A stretch of DNA of 64,000 nt, from the NCBI GenBank assembly GCA_964016885.1, contig OZ024740.1, positions 407,030,001 through 407,094,000 of the forward strand, given 5' to 3'. The DNA comes from Eledone cirrhosa (taxonomy: Eukaryota). This document shows positions 29,001-41,175 of this stretch, one piece after another (within the stretch, counting starts at the first letter, position 1; every line of letters starts with the position of its first letter). Under the pieces are notes generated by a model. The model searched no databases and was not told the DNA's origin. It saw nothing but the letters and a program-made list of their open reading frames with translations. A program made the position numbers and the translations under genes.

Positions 29001-31883
29001 GCACTCTTGGCAGAGTCCAATCCCCACTATAATGAACAGGACAGGTAACAGCACTCTTGGCAGAGTCCAATCCCCACTATAATGAACAGGACAGGTGACA
29101 GCACTCTTGGCAGAGTCCAATCCCCACTATAATGAACAGGACAGGTGACAGCACTCTTGGCAGAGTCCAATCCCCACTATAATGAACAGGACAGGTGACA
29201 GCACTCTTGGCAGAGTCCAATCCCCACTATAATGAACAGGACAGGTAACAGCACTCTTGGCAGAGTCCAATCCCCACTATAATGAACAGGACAGGTGACA
29301 GCACTCTTGGCAGAGTCCAATCCCCACTATAATGAACAGGACAGGTGACAGCACTCTTGGCAGAGTCCAATCCCCACTATAATGAACAGGACAGGTGAAA
29401 GCACTCTTGGCAGAGTCCAATCCCCACTATAATGAACAGGACAGGTGACAGCACTCTTGGCAGAGTCCAATCCCCACTATAATGAACAGGACAGGTGACA
29501 GCACTCTTGGCAGAGTCCAATCCCCACTATAATGAACAGGACAGGTGAAAGCACTCTTGGCAGAGTCCAATCCCCACTATAATGAACAGGACAGGTGAAA
29601 GCACTCTTGGCAGAGTCCAATCCCCACTATAATGAACAGGACAGGTGACAGCACTCTTGGCAGAGTCCAATCCCCACTATAATGAACAGGACAGGTGACA
29701 GCACTCTTGGCAGAGTCCAATCCCCACTATAATGAACAGGACAGGTAACAGCACTCTTGGCAGAGTCCAATCCCCACTATAATGAACAGGACAGGTGACA
29801 GCACTCTTGGCAGAGTCCAATCCCCACTATAATGAACAGGACAGGTGACAGCACTCTTGGCAGAGTCCAATCCCCACTATAATGAACAGGACAGGTGACA
29901 GCACTCTTGGCAGAGTCCAATCCCCACTATAATGAACAGGACAGGTGACAGCACTCTTGGCAGAGTCCAATCCCCACTATAATGAACAGGACAGGTGAAA
30001 GCACTCTTGGCAGAGTCCAATCCCCACTATAATGAACAGGACAGGTGAAAGCACTCTTGGCAGAGTCCAATCCCCACTATAATAAACAGGACAGGTAACA
30101 GCACTCTTGGCAGAGTCCAATCCCCACTATAATGAACAGGACAGGTGACAGCACTCTTGGCAGAGTCCAATCCCCACTATAATGAACAGGACAGGTGAAA
30201 GCACTCTTGGCAGAGTCCAATCCCCACTATAATGAACAGGACAGGTAACAGCACTCTTGGCAGAGTCCAATCCCCACTATAATGAACAGGACAGGTGACA
30301 GCACTCTTGGCAGAGTCCAATCCCCACTATAATGAACAGGACAGGTGACAGCACTCTTGGCAGAGTCCAATCCCCACTATAATGAACAGGACAGGTGACA
30401 GCACTCTTGGCAGTGTCCAATCCCCACTATAATGAACAGGACAGGTGACAGCACTCTTGGCAGTGTCCAATCCCCACTATAATGAACAGGACAGGTGACA
30501 GCACTCTTGGCAGTGTCCAATCCCCACTATAATGAACAGGACAGGTGACAGCACTCTTGGCAGTGTCCAATCCCCACTATAATGAACAGGACAGGTGACA
30601 GCACTCTTGGCAGTGTCCAATCCCCACTATAATGAACAGGACAGGTGACAGCACTCTTGGCAGTGTCCAATCCCCACTATAATGAACAGGACAGGTGACA
30701 GCACTCTTGGCAGTGTCCAATCCCCACTATAATGAACAGGACAGGTGACAGCACTCTTGGCAGAGTCCAATCCCCACTATAATGAACAGGACAGGTGACA
30801 GCACTCTTGGCAGAGTCCAATCCCCACTATAATGAACAGGACAGGTGACAGCACTCTTGGCAGTGTCCAATCCCCACTATAATGAACAGGACAGGTGACA
30901 GCACTCTTGGCAGAGTCCAATCCCCACTATAATGAACAGGACAGGTGACAGCACTCTTGGCAGAGTCCAATCCCCACTATAATGAACAGGACAGGTGACA
31001 GCACTCTTGGCAGAGTCCAATCCCCACTATAATGAACAGGACAAGTGAAAGCACTCTTGGCAGAGTCCAATCCCCACTATAATGAACAGGACAGGTGAAA
31101 GCACTCTTGGCAGAGTCCAATCCCCACTATAATGAACAGGACAGGTGACAGCACTCTTGGCAGAGTCCAATCCCCACTATAATGAACAGGACAGGTGAAA
31201 GCACTCTTGGCAGAGTCCAATCCCCACTATAATGAACAGGACAGGTGACAGCACTCTTGGCAGAGTCCAATCCCCACTATAATGAACAGGACAGGTGACA
31301 GCACTCTTGGCAGAGTCCAATCCCCACTATAATGAACAGGACAGGTGAAAGCACTCTTGGCAGAGTCCAATCCCCACTATAATGAACAGGACAGGTGACA
31401 GCACTCTTGGCAGTGTCCAATCCCCACTATAATGAACAGGACAGGTGACAGCACTCTTGGCAGTGTCCAATCCCACTATAATGAACAGGACAGGTGACAG
31501 CACTCTTGGCAGAGTCCAATCCCCACTATAATGAACAGGACAGGTAACAGCACTCTTGGCAGAGTCCAATCCCCACTATAATGAACAGGACAGGTAACAG
31601 CACTCTTGGCAGAGTCCAATCCCCACTATAATGAACAGGACAGGTGAAAGCACTCTTGGCAGAGTCCAATCCCCACTATAATGAACAGGACAGGTGACAG
31701 CACTCTTGGCAGAGTCCAATCCCCACTATAATTAACAGGACAGGTGACAGCACTCTTGGCAAAGTCCAATCCCCACTATAATGAACAGGACAGGTAACAG
31801 CACTCTTGGCAGAGTCCAATCCCCACTATAATGAACAGGACAGGTAACAGCACTCTTGGCAGAGTCCAATCCCCACTATAATG
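20080..31883. repeat. 50-bp tandem satellite, 236 units; consensus TATAATGAACAGGACAGGTGACAGCACTCTTGGCAGAGTCCAATCCCCAC
   Basis: Exact 50-bp period with five 1-bp indels (net -3). Both ends bounded by TATAATG. The reverse complement encodes VGIGLCQE / VLSPVLFII, a remnant of RT motif B. Confidence 0.98.
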
Positions 31884-32190
31884 GTTTCAATTCTGCACCA
31901 TTTAACTGAACGCAAATCACAAATACTAGAATATTTCTATAGAGACTTCAGGGCAGAACCTTCCACATTGTCATTTGCCTTTTCGAGGTCTATGAAACAA
32001 AAATACACCTCTGGGCAGTTCTCCTACAATTTCTCAAAGACCCGCTACAGTGTGAATATTTGGTTGGTTGTGCTACCTCTGGGGCACAAAACCATACTGT
32101 TCTTGTTGGACTCAACTATTTTCCTACAATTTTTTGTCAGACACTTAGCATTAACTTTACCAGAGAGGCTTAACAAGTTGAGGCACCAAT
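31884..32190 (-). mobile_element. Decayed RTE-clade LINE, upstream RT part (motif A); same element as 19250-20079
   Basis: Minus strand reads LSLSGKVNAKCL...RGSTTNQIFTL*RVFEKL*ENCPEVYFCFIDLEKA...ALKSL...VQLNGAELKP and runs directly into the 50-bp unit. Confidence 0.88.
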
Positions 32191-32220
32191 ATTAAAATCA
32201 ATAATGGATAGTAATTGAGA

Positions 32221-32427
32221 TTAACTCTATTGATACCAAACTGTCTGAACCATCTCTGGTTCTATTATATAAAACTGTATTTTTAAGTGTTTATGTTTAT
32301 ATAAAATTGTATCATAATTTTATACAAGCAACTTTTGTTCCAAGCACTGGCTAATTCATTAAAGTTTTGATAATTTGGAACTCCTAGGCAGTGTCTACCA
32401 TTAGAAATATGGTGATGAAAGGGTTAA
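32221..32427. mobile_element. TTAA-bounded MITE (piggyBac-like non-autonomous family A)
   Basis: TTAActctattgatacc...gaaaGGGTTAA. Similar ends and internal sequence at 32767-32951, 34145-34393 and 40841-41102. Confidence 0.6.
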
Positions 32428-32520
32428 GTTCATGAAATAAAAAAAAATATTAATTTCTAAAAAGTGACTGTGTACTTGCTGAATAAATTTGATAGCTTCT
32501 TTTTTAAATAAAATTTTATT

Positions 32521-32740
32521 TTAACTCTTAACTTTCTGTAATGATTCAGTAGAAAATATCTAAAAGCAGCTTTGTTAATTCAAATGTTTATAATATTTTT
32601 ACTAATGGACAGATGATTATAAAAAATTATAGTATTAAAGACGTTAATTTTTAATGTCATGCTGTCATAGTGTTGTATTCATACTTTTCAAGAATGTCTA
32701 GTTAATATGGTTTCATGTGCTACAGGATGTTAAGAGTTAA
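32521..32740. mobile_element. TTAA-bounded MITE, second family
   Basis: Terminal inverted repeats TTAACTCTTAACtttctgta ... tacaggatGTTAAGAGTTAA. Confidence 0.6.
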
Positions 32741-32766
32741 TAATTTTATTTTTAATAACATTTCTG

Positions 32767-32951
32767 TAACCCTTTTGATACCAATCTGCTCTGATTCTAT
32801 GAAATAAAATCATCCATTTTAAAGGGTTCCTATTTAAATTAGAATCTTCCAACATAATTTTGTATAAGAACTATCTTAATAAAATAATCAATAATTTTAG
32901 TATCTCAAAATTCTCTTTTAATTAATTGAAATATTGTCATGGAAGGGTTAA
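32767..32951. mobile_element. piggyBac-like MITE family A copy
   Basis: TAACCCTTTTGATACC ... GAAGGGTTAA ends. Confidence 0.55.
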
Positions 32952-33040
32952 AGCCATATAAGTAATATATTGAAATCTTTTTTTCCGAAACTAAGCACTA
33001 AATTTCATGATTTCTTTGTGTTGTCTAAATTTCTTTGAAG

Positions 33041-33119
33041 GATGGATTTATTACTTTCAATGAGTTCATTCGAGCACTCTCCATCACTTCCCGAGGATCT
33101 TTGGATGAGAAACTTGACT
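33041..33119 (+). CDS. NCS1: NCS-1/frequenin-family calcium sensor, internal exon (second half of EF-hand 2): [26 protein letters not shown](W)
   Basis: AG acceptor at 33039-33040 and GTAAG donor at 33120; 79 nt, phase 0/1. Closely resembles NCS-1 [27 protein letters not shown]. The symbol denotes the family; the exact paralog is uncertain. Confidence 0.95.
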
Positions 33120-33256
33120 GTAAGTTTGTATTTTTTCTACTGTGGCACACTCATTTTCTCTGTATTGTTTTATTTTTATTTCAAACTCATTTAACAGGAT
33201 ATATAAAAAAGATTATAATTTTTTAAAAGTTATTTATATATAATACAAAAAGGTTG

Positions 33257-33370
33257 TGAATTGGCAGAGTTGTTAGGGTGTTGGATTAAAAATGTATTGG
33301 TATTTGTTCTGGCTCTCTGCACTTCAAATCCTGCTAAGGTCAATTTTGTATTTCATTCTTTAGAGTCGAT
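33257..33370 (+). mobile_element. Degenerate tRNA-derived SINE (family of 51101-51285)
   Basis: TTGGCAGAGTTGTTAG A-box-like, TTCAAATCC B-box-like, then aggtcaattttgtatttcattc..gtcgat. Confidence 0.6.
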
Positions 33371-34144
33371 TCTTCTTTTTCTCCCTCTTTCTTTCCTTCT
33401 CTGGAAGAAATCAACTGAGTTCAGACATGGAGAGGGATGGGCTTCACCAAGTTTAAAATATTCATGACATGCCATGTGTCTGGATGAAGCCTGTACAACT
33501 CCATCAGGAGTTAAGGGCTCTATACCTAGCTACCTATACATAGTACAAACATTTTATTTGATATTTAAGATAATACAAAATACTTATTTCCCTACACAAT
33601 ATTTATCCAATAATATTACTTTTTATTTTCTGTTTAGTTGGCGAGGTAAGGGTAGTGCCATAACCATTTTCAGGGCCACTAAAACAGGTGGAAGTAAGGG
33701 AAGGTGTCCTCACACTGGAGACTTGGCCCACATTCTTACAACAGAGTTAACTCTGCTAAAGGCCTTCAAGAGCCAGATAGTGAACACTGAATTAAGTCTA
33801 CCACATGAAGGAACCATAAAAGTTCCAGAAGAAATCCACAAGACATTTCGTCCAGTGTTCTAACAATTCTATTATTTCACCACTCTGGTCTGGTAATTTA
33901 TTTTGTCAGCCCCCTAAAAAAATGAAAGGTGAAATTGATCTTGGCATAGTTTGAACTTAGAGCACATTTTTTACGAAGCATTTTTGATTCTGCAAATCGT
34001 CTACCAAAAGAAAGGAATTAAATTACAGAGCCCCACCAGCTCTCGCATTCATTTCTAAAATCTTTGGAATGTTCTATTGTATGGATCTATAAAGAATTTA
34101 AATGCCAGTTTTGTTGATATCTTCTATAAGCTATTGCAGATTCT

Positions 34145-34393
34145 TTAACCCTTTCTTTACCTTATTTCTACTCAGACAGTGCCTGTGATTTCCAATTAAT
34201 TTTGAAAATAATGAAGAAATCAGAGGGATTTAGCTATATAACTCATTATTAATTTAGTGTTTGAAACATAACCTAGCAAAAGTTATTACATAAAATTATG
34301 AAGTTTTTTTAGATAAATATAAACTCTTAAAAAGAAAGTTTTCTATCATAAAATCGGGGTCAGTTTCAGTCAGTTAGGTATAAAAAGGCTTAA
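34145..34393. mobile_element. piggyBac-like MITE family A copy, reverse orientation
   Basis: TTAACCCTTT...ggtataaaaaggcTTAA. Confidence 0.5.
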
Positions 34394-36189
34394 CTAGGAT
34401 ATAGTGTGGTATTATAACTAACATCTACCTATCTAGCTAGGAATATAAAACAAAAGAAGCTTGTTGGAATCTATATATACCACATTGGTGTTGTTTAGTT
34501 GAATGATTTATTGACATAAAATATATATAGTGTAAGATACTAAAGGTATAGTCATTGAAGCATCACATTAACTATGTTTAATACTAAAATACTATTTATA
34601 ATCCAGGAAAATAAACTGAGGAGAAAATACAAATCATTTACTTTTTACTGCAATGTTTTCCAAACTAAGTTATTCACATACAAACCATAAATATTCTATG
34701 GAAGTAATTATCGCTATTATGGTTGCAGGGAATGCTATTTATATGTGGCTTTTGCTTGGGGACATTTAGTATATGGATAGATTTAGATTATATGTATTTA
34801 TTCTAAGATGTGACATTCATATTTACTTAGTAGGTATTTCTGTGAATGGAGCTATTAGTGTTGTTTTTCAGCTTGAATTTCTGCCTTTAGAGGAAACAGG
34901 AAAAGTCGATAAGGGAGCCTCTATGTGATCATTCAACATGCTAGAAATAGCAACCTAATTTCCCTCAAATAATACATTTTCAAATAAGAGATACTGGATA
35001 ATGTAGTCCTAAATATACCACATTTGAATTTAAAAGATGGGCAGAGAGAGAGTGCCAGAAGCTTAGAATTTTTTACAAAAAATTGGTGAAATATTCTGCA
35101 GGAAGGGTTGAGATACTTTAAGGATAAGAGAGCAGTGCATGAAACTAGCATAACATATAAGACACATCATGCTAGCTTGGAGGGGCAGGAACCACTGTAA
35201 TATTAGTATGGCAGGGATGAGTTAGGAGAAAAACTGGGTATGAGGAATCAAATGTAGTGTCTAACAGAGAATGGTGTGTTGGCAAAGAAGACCTGGGTAG
35301 AGGTGCTGAGAGCAAATCTCAAAATGTTGAACCTGGTATAGAAAATGACAAAGGAACACAATAAGTGGAAGGGAGCTGTGCTGAAAAAGACCTTTTCAAC
35401 CCATGCAAGCAGAGGCATAATTAGGGTATGGCAAGCATGGCTCATTTCATGGGCCCCACATGAAGAGGGGTGCCACTTGAACTAGGAGCACTTTCTATTC
35501 AAGTCAATTCAGCTATCGTCGGAGAGTGATATGTATAATCTGACTTTGATTATCATGGGTGAGAAGTACTATGATGGCTGGATCACTAAACTATTTATGT
35601 GAATTATTAAGTCCATAGTTAAAAATACAGTGCTGGGCTGTGGTACAATGTCACTGCTTGCCATAGGTGCTATTTTTCCTGGTTACACCACTGCATGCAA
35701 GCATTGAGAAATCGATGTAAAAAGATGATATATTTAGTACTTAGTCATGGAGAAAAGGGAAGGGAACCTTTTCAGGGCCTCTGAAACTAATGGGAAGTAT
35801 TTTTAAACCAGAGACAGTTCACATGTATGCACAAAGTAGAGTAGACTCTGCTAAAAGCACCCGGGGGGGGGGGGGGGGGGGTTAGTGTGGCAGATTAAGC
35901 CCACCACTTAAGTAAGCCACAACAGAGTGCAAAGAACAAAAAAAAAACTGCATGACATCTCATTTGACACTAACAATTCTGTCAATCCACTACCCTGGAC
36001 TGACACTTGATCAACCCCAGAACGATGAAAGGCAAAGTCGACTATGGCAGAATTTGCACTCAGAGAGCCATAATAAATTCCTCAAACATTTTGTCCAGTC
36101 ACTCTGATTCAACTACTTTACCTATAAACCAATTCACCTAATAGACTAAATAGCTCAAGGAAAGAGATTTTTCCGGCCTGTATAATATA

Positions 36190-36730
36190 ATTGAATATAA
36201 AAGAGAGACAAACACAGACATATACATACATGTATTCAAATCATAAGGAACCAGGCTTGCCAGGGCGAAAAAAATACTAACCATGAACAATAGGGTTTGC
36301 CAGACTCAACTTAAAGGAACAAATCAAGAAAATAAATACAAACCGATATTGGGACAACTGCCAGACACCCAGACAGCTTTGGTAATGTTGTTTCGCAATT
36401 ATAGTGAAGGGAATTACTAATTCTTTTGCTCATCAGAGGGTGTAAAATTAGTAAACCCTTCACTTCTAAGTATCTCAGAAGACTGAATAGTGTGCGTATA
36501 TAAAATAACGCACATGGCATCAGAACCTAGTGTGTCTCATAAATGCATACTACTAAAAATAGCAGCCGGTTTCTATTTATTTTCTTGATCTACTCTTCCA
36601 AACCGAGTCTGGCAAACCCTAAAACCCTATTGTTTATAGTTAGTATCTCCTTCACCCCAGCGAATCTGGTCCCTTACAATCCGAACACATATACGTATAT
36701 CTCCGTGTTCATCTCTCTTTTATACTCCAT
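36190..36730. repeat. Long imperfect inverted repeat (arms 36190-36345 and 36567-36730); MITE or foldback element
   Basis: Arms align without gaps except an 8-bp tandem duplication in the right arm. About 35 mismatches over ~155 bp by hand count. Confidence 0.9.
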
Positions 36731-36744
36731 CATATTATATATAT

Positions 36745-37805
36745 AAATAATAATGAAATATTGTGTACAGTGCTCAGGTGCACTACAACTCATCAAAAAG
36801 TGTATGTATAGTACATAGGGTAATGTACAAACATCAGGAAAATGAACAGTGCATGAGTCATGATACACACGTGTACATGTATATGGAAGGGGTACATCAG
36901 GTGTAGTTTTGGCGTACTTCGGGAAGCATGAGTGTTTTAAAGGATGCAGTGTCTTGACAGCTAACAACTGATGCAGGCAGTTTGTTCCATGCTTCAGCAA
37001 CTCTGAGCGTGAAAAAATGTCTATGAAAGTCATGGGAGCTGTGCTGTTTTCTGATTTTGTAGGCATGTCCACGTGTGTTAGACACATGGAGATCAAAAAG
37101 GTGCTCAGGGTTGCAATTGGCGAGATGGTTAATAACTTTGTGGGTATTTACCAAGTCCATTGCCAGATGTCAGAGCTTCAATGAATCCATGCCCAGGGAA
37201 GCAAGGCATTCAGAGTATGGTAGGTGTCTGATGGAGGGTATGCGCTTGGTTGCACGTCTCTGAACAGTTTCCAGGAGGTCAATGTTCTGAGCAAGATAGG
37301 GGTTCCAGACTGATGATGCGAATTCCAAGTGTGGTCGTACCATAGCTGTATACAGTTTTAAATAGATGGCTGGAGAGCGGCTAACAAAGGTCTTGCTGAG
37401 TGATGCCAAGACACCCTCGGCCGTCTTGACAATCTTAGAGACATGCTTTGTCCAACGCAAATCGCTGCTGACTGTAATACCCAGGTCACGTTCACAAGAG
37501 GACTTCTTGATATCAGTGTTGTGGAGGGAGTATGTGGACGCTGGATTTTTCCTCCCAAAATGCATGGTGGTACACTTGTCCACAGCCAGCTTCAGTTGCC
37601 AGTCTGTGATCCATTGCTGCATTGTATCCAGGTCTGATTGTAGGAAAGAGTTGTAGATTTCAGGATCAGTCCTTTTGATTTCAAGGTACAGCTTGATGTC
37701 ATCTGCATATTTCAGTACCGTGGCATTCTGTAAGTTGGCATCTACGTCATTAATATATGCCACAAACAAAAGGGGACCAAGAACAGATCCCTGTGGTACA
37801 CCAGA
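36745..37805 (-). mobile_element. 5'-truncated CR1-clade LINE (RT 3' half plus 3' UTR)
   Basis: SGVPQGSVLGPLLF, YADD, ERDLGI, RPHLEFAS, LETVQRRATK, TRGH, FFTLRV..WNKLP. One in-frame stop at ~37170; (ATT)n-like tail. Confidence 0.93.
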
Positions 37806-38849
37806 AAGGATACAGTACATTAGTTGGCTGTAGGTTAAGAGTGAATGGTATAAGTCTACTAACTAGATTGCCATTGTTTTTAAAATAGTCAAGAATGCTT
37901 GTATGTGTAACATCTGCACTGTTTCAGACATGTAAACAGTTGTTTAATGAGGATCAATCACATTTCTGCTTTGTAAAGGACCAGCTTCTATTCAAAGCTA
38001 AAATGTGATGACAAAGTCTATAAGATGAACATCATTTTTCAGCTTACTTTAGATAAACGAATGATTACCCTAGATTTGACTGTAGTAAACATTAACTGTT
38101 TTAGATATTTTCTTTAATTTTTTTTTTTATCTAGAATTTTATCCCACATTGAGTTCTACAAAAATATTCTGTTATTTTGCAAGATTTAAAAAAAAAAGTG
38201 CACTATAGGTTGTTATTTTTATGAATATATTTTCTCTTTAAAACACTTTTTGTTGTTTATTGTCTTATTAAAATTAGGGTGAAGACTGTCCATAAAACGT
38301 TGGCATGGAATCTGTAAGAATTCTAGAACCAAATAAGTTTAGGAACCACTCTTTTAGAATATTCAAACCTTCAATAATTAGTTTGAACTGCTTTTTAATT
38401 TCAACTTTTTCATTTATCCTTCTGTCAGTATTTTCTTTAGATTATTGCTGTTGTAGTTCTAGTAAACTCTGGATTAGCAGGACTATGGTAGTTAGGCGGA
38501 CAGTTAGTTTCAGTCCACAAACCTGACACTCAAAATAAATGATTCTTACACTTAGTTGAGAACCAGAATGGCCATTCCAGCATACTGCTATTTATCATAA
38601 GGGGTACAGTTTGGTATTCTATGTTGCCTTTCCACCATTGTCTTGTCCTGTATACCTGTTGTTGTGTAGCTCCAGATCAGTTCTGAGTGAACAGTCCTGT
38701 GTTATGTAGGTAGATGATTGAATGACTGGGACTGAACACAACTAATAGATCTAAGGTTTTAATTACACCAGGTATCCACTTAACTGATTGAAACCCATAC
38801 TGCTCACTCTATTAAACAGTACTAAATCATAAAGCATGTAGTATAAGTC

Positions 38850-40800
38850 TCCACAGTCCAGTCTATTTATGTATGCCTGTAAATTTTTATGGTCATCACA
38901 ATGTATTCAGACAAGGTGGATTTGGTCAGTGGAACAGTTGTTGTTTTATTGGTAGTATGGCACATTCCCTCTATTTTTTCCCAACCAGTAAACAAAACAC
39001 TTGATGCAGTAAGTGAAAATATTTTAAATTCAAAGCGCTTGCATAGCAACATTCCAAATTTTGATGTGTGTGGCATCAATACATCGAGTGCGTGGCTGCA
39101 TGTCAGTACAACTTAGAAGGAACATTGATGATGTTTGGCACTACTGATGCTGCAACTATTTCTTTTATTTGGAGGGGGATGAATCAGAGATATTATATTT
39201 TTAGGATTTTGTTCTCATTGCTCAGGGTTATTTTGTCACTTGGCATGTGTGTGTGTATAATGACAGACTGATGAAGTTAGAGGTGGTTCTGGCAACAAAC
39301 TGGTCTTCCATTTATAGTACTTTCATTGTGTAAGTAGTCTGTATGCAATGTGTTACGATAGAGAGAGCTCTGTTTTGTGTACTTTATAATTTATTGTAAA
39401 TTGTTGTAAAGGGGTTGGAAAAGTAAAACTGCTCCACTGGATATGTCACATTAATGTACATAAATAGTAAAGCACAGATAAAGTTAGAGAAAAAACAGAA
39501 TAAGAGGAGATTCAGATGTTTGCAAAAGAGAAGTCTATGCTGATATGGACATGTAATGCTTGGATATTGACATTTGAGTAAAGAAGTACCAGGTATTCAA
39601 AGTGGAAGGGAGCTGCAGAAAAGACAGACAAAGAAAACATTTGGCAGGTGTGGTAAAACCTGATTTCAAGATGCTGAATTTCACAAAAGAGATGATGACA
39701 AAGGAATGTAACAAATGGCAAGACACTGATGTTGAAAGGACCTGTCCAACCCATACAAGCATGCAAAACAGACAAAAAAATGAGGACGGTGATGATAATG
39801 TAGCGTTTGCATCTTTGAAATTCCCAGTTGCTTTTTTGATGCATGATAGCAACAAGTTGTCTAGGTTATGGTCTACGTAGATATGTTGTCTTTTGTATTT
39901 CTATCTTTTTTAGTTATATTTTTTGGTAATTGATTTTGGGAAAGTGTGTGATAAGTGTGTCTACTTACTGTTTGAGTGAAAGTAAACTCATGTATTTTCT
40001 GAAGATGTTATTGTTGTGTAATGTGGTATGGCCATTGTAAAATTTGTTGATGCTGCTAATTAATTTGTGTGGTGTATTACTGCTTATTTTCAGCCTCATA
40101 TTAGATAAAAATGTTTTCTGTATTTCTATGGCTTATTTTCTTTATTTTCTGGCTTAGTTTCTTGCTGTTGAAATTTATTTCCGTTGTGTGTTGGTGAATT
40201 TTATTTGAGGTTGTTGCTAGTTTTTATTAGGTTGGTTATTCCATTTGTTGAATATAAGAGGATTGTATTTATTCTGTTGCTTTGAGATGTTTATAGAAGG
40301 TTTCTACAATTATTTTGTTGGTTGTATGCTTTATAGTATCTATGTTGATGATTATAGTATTGCTGAATTATGTAAACGGTGAATATGTCTCTTGGTGGAA
40401 ATGGTCTCACTAGGTATTTCTGAAGTTCGTGAATATATTCTTATTTTATTCATTGCTGTGTGAATCTGTTGTGGTGGTGATAGGAAAGTGGTTGTAGAAC
40501 TAGGGGGATTGTTAGCCCCATGGTCATGATTGCAAGGTCTGTAGTGATGTTTAGTCAAGAATTGTACTTTTGCTAGATCAGTTATATGGATGTATTCTCA
40601 TGGGTTGTTCAGGATATAAAAGATGTAATGCTATTATTCCTGCTCTCGTGTTATCTGAATTATTCCATAACCAAGATGTGTTGTGAGCACTGGCGTCTTC
40701 CTCAATTATGAGATTTAGGATATTTGTTTTCGTGAAGCTATGTAATTTGATGTGACAGTTGTTTAAAAACCATATGGTTACAAAGGGAACTTCATAACCA
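38850..40800 (-). mobile_element. Possible highly decayed L1/Tx1-like LINE remnant
   Basis: Strong T/G skew on the + strand. Weak endonuclease-like peptide WLWNNSDNTRAGII at ~40620-40680. No intact motif. Interrupted by an RTE tail. Confidence 0.25.
39590..39800 (+). mobile_element. RTE-type LINE 3' end fragment (related copy at ~35280-35420)
   Basis: VEGSCRKDRQRK...EMMTKE peptide followed by acctgtccaacccatacaagcatg...gatgataatg tail. Confidence 0.55.
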
Positions 40801-40840
40801 CACATCCTGTACCTTCGCCTTCATAAGACATACTTTTCTT

Positions 40841-41102
40841 TTAACCCTTTTGATACTAAACCGCAAGAAACAACTCCTGGTTTTATTTATTATTCAAAGC
40901 TGTTCATTTTCAAGTGTTCATATTTATCTGTAAACCTTCCATGTTAGTTTTAAAAAAGAACCTGTGTTAAGTTATGCTCCGATCACCAACTTAATGTGAA
41001 AGTTAGTTATATTACTAAATCCTTCCAAATTCTTGATTATTTAAAAAATTATTTGAAAATCATAGGCAGTGTTTTTCATTAGAAATATAACAAAATAGTT
41101 AA
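40841..41102. mobile_element. piggyBac-like MITE family A copy
   Basis: TTAACCCTTTTGATAC...ttagaaatat...aGTTAA. Confidence 0.55.
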
Positions 41103-41175
41103 ATGCCTACAAGAGTGTACTTTTCTTATTTCAACTATCTAAATGAGTAAAATATTTCTTTCTCTTGAAATCTAG

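Noticed and set aside
19923-31569. Minus-strand ORFs MDSAKSAVTCPVHYSGDW...
   Set aside because: Frame-cycling translations of the 50-bp unit, lengthened by 1-bp indels; they start at TTG and are not genes.
1-31883. Regular 46-bp and 50-bp repeats as CRISPR arrays
   Set aside because: No unique spacers, the units are contiguous, there are no cas genes, and the context is eukaryotic.
20080-31883. CAG|GTRA in every unit as recursive splice sites
   Set aside because: No polypyrimidine tract before the AG and a weak donor (+5 is not G); no support from sequence alone.
33035-33226. 63-aa ORF as a standalone gene
   Set aside because: Only 33041-33119 is exon; the rest is read-through into the intron past the GTAAG donor.
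35863-35881. Poly-G runs (also 18784-18796) as G-quadruplex regulatory elements
   Set aside because: Isolated homopolymers of unreliable length with no further support.
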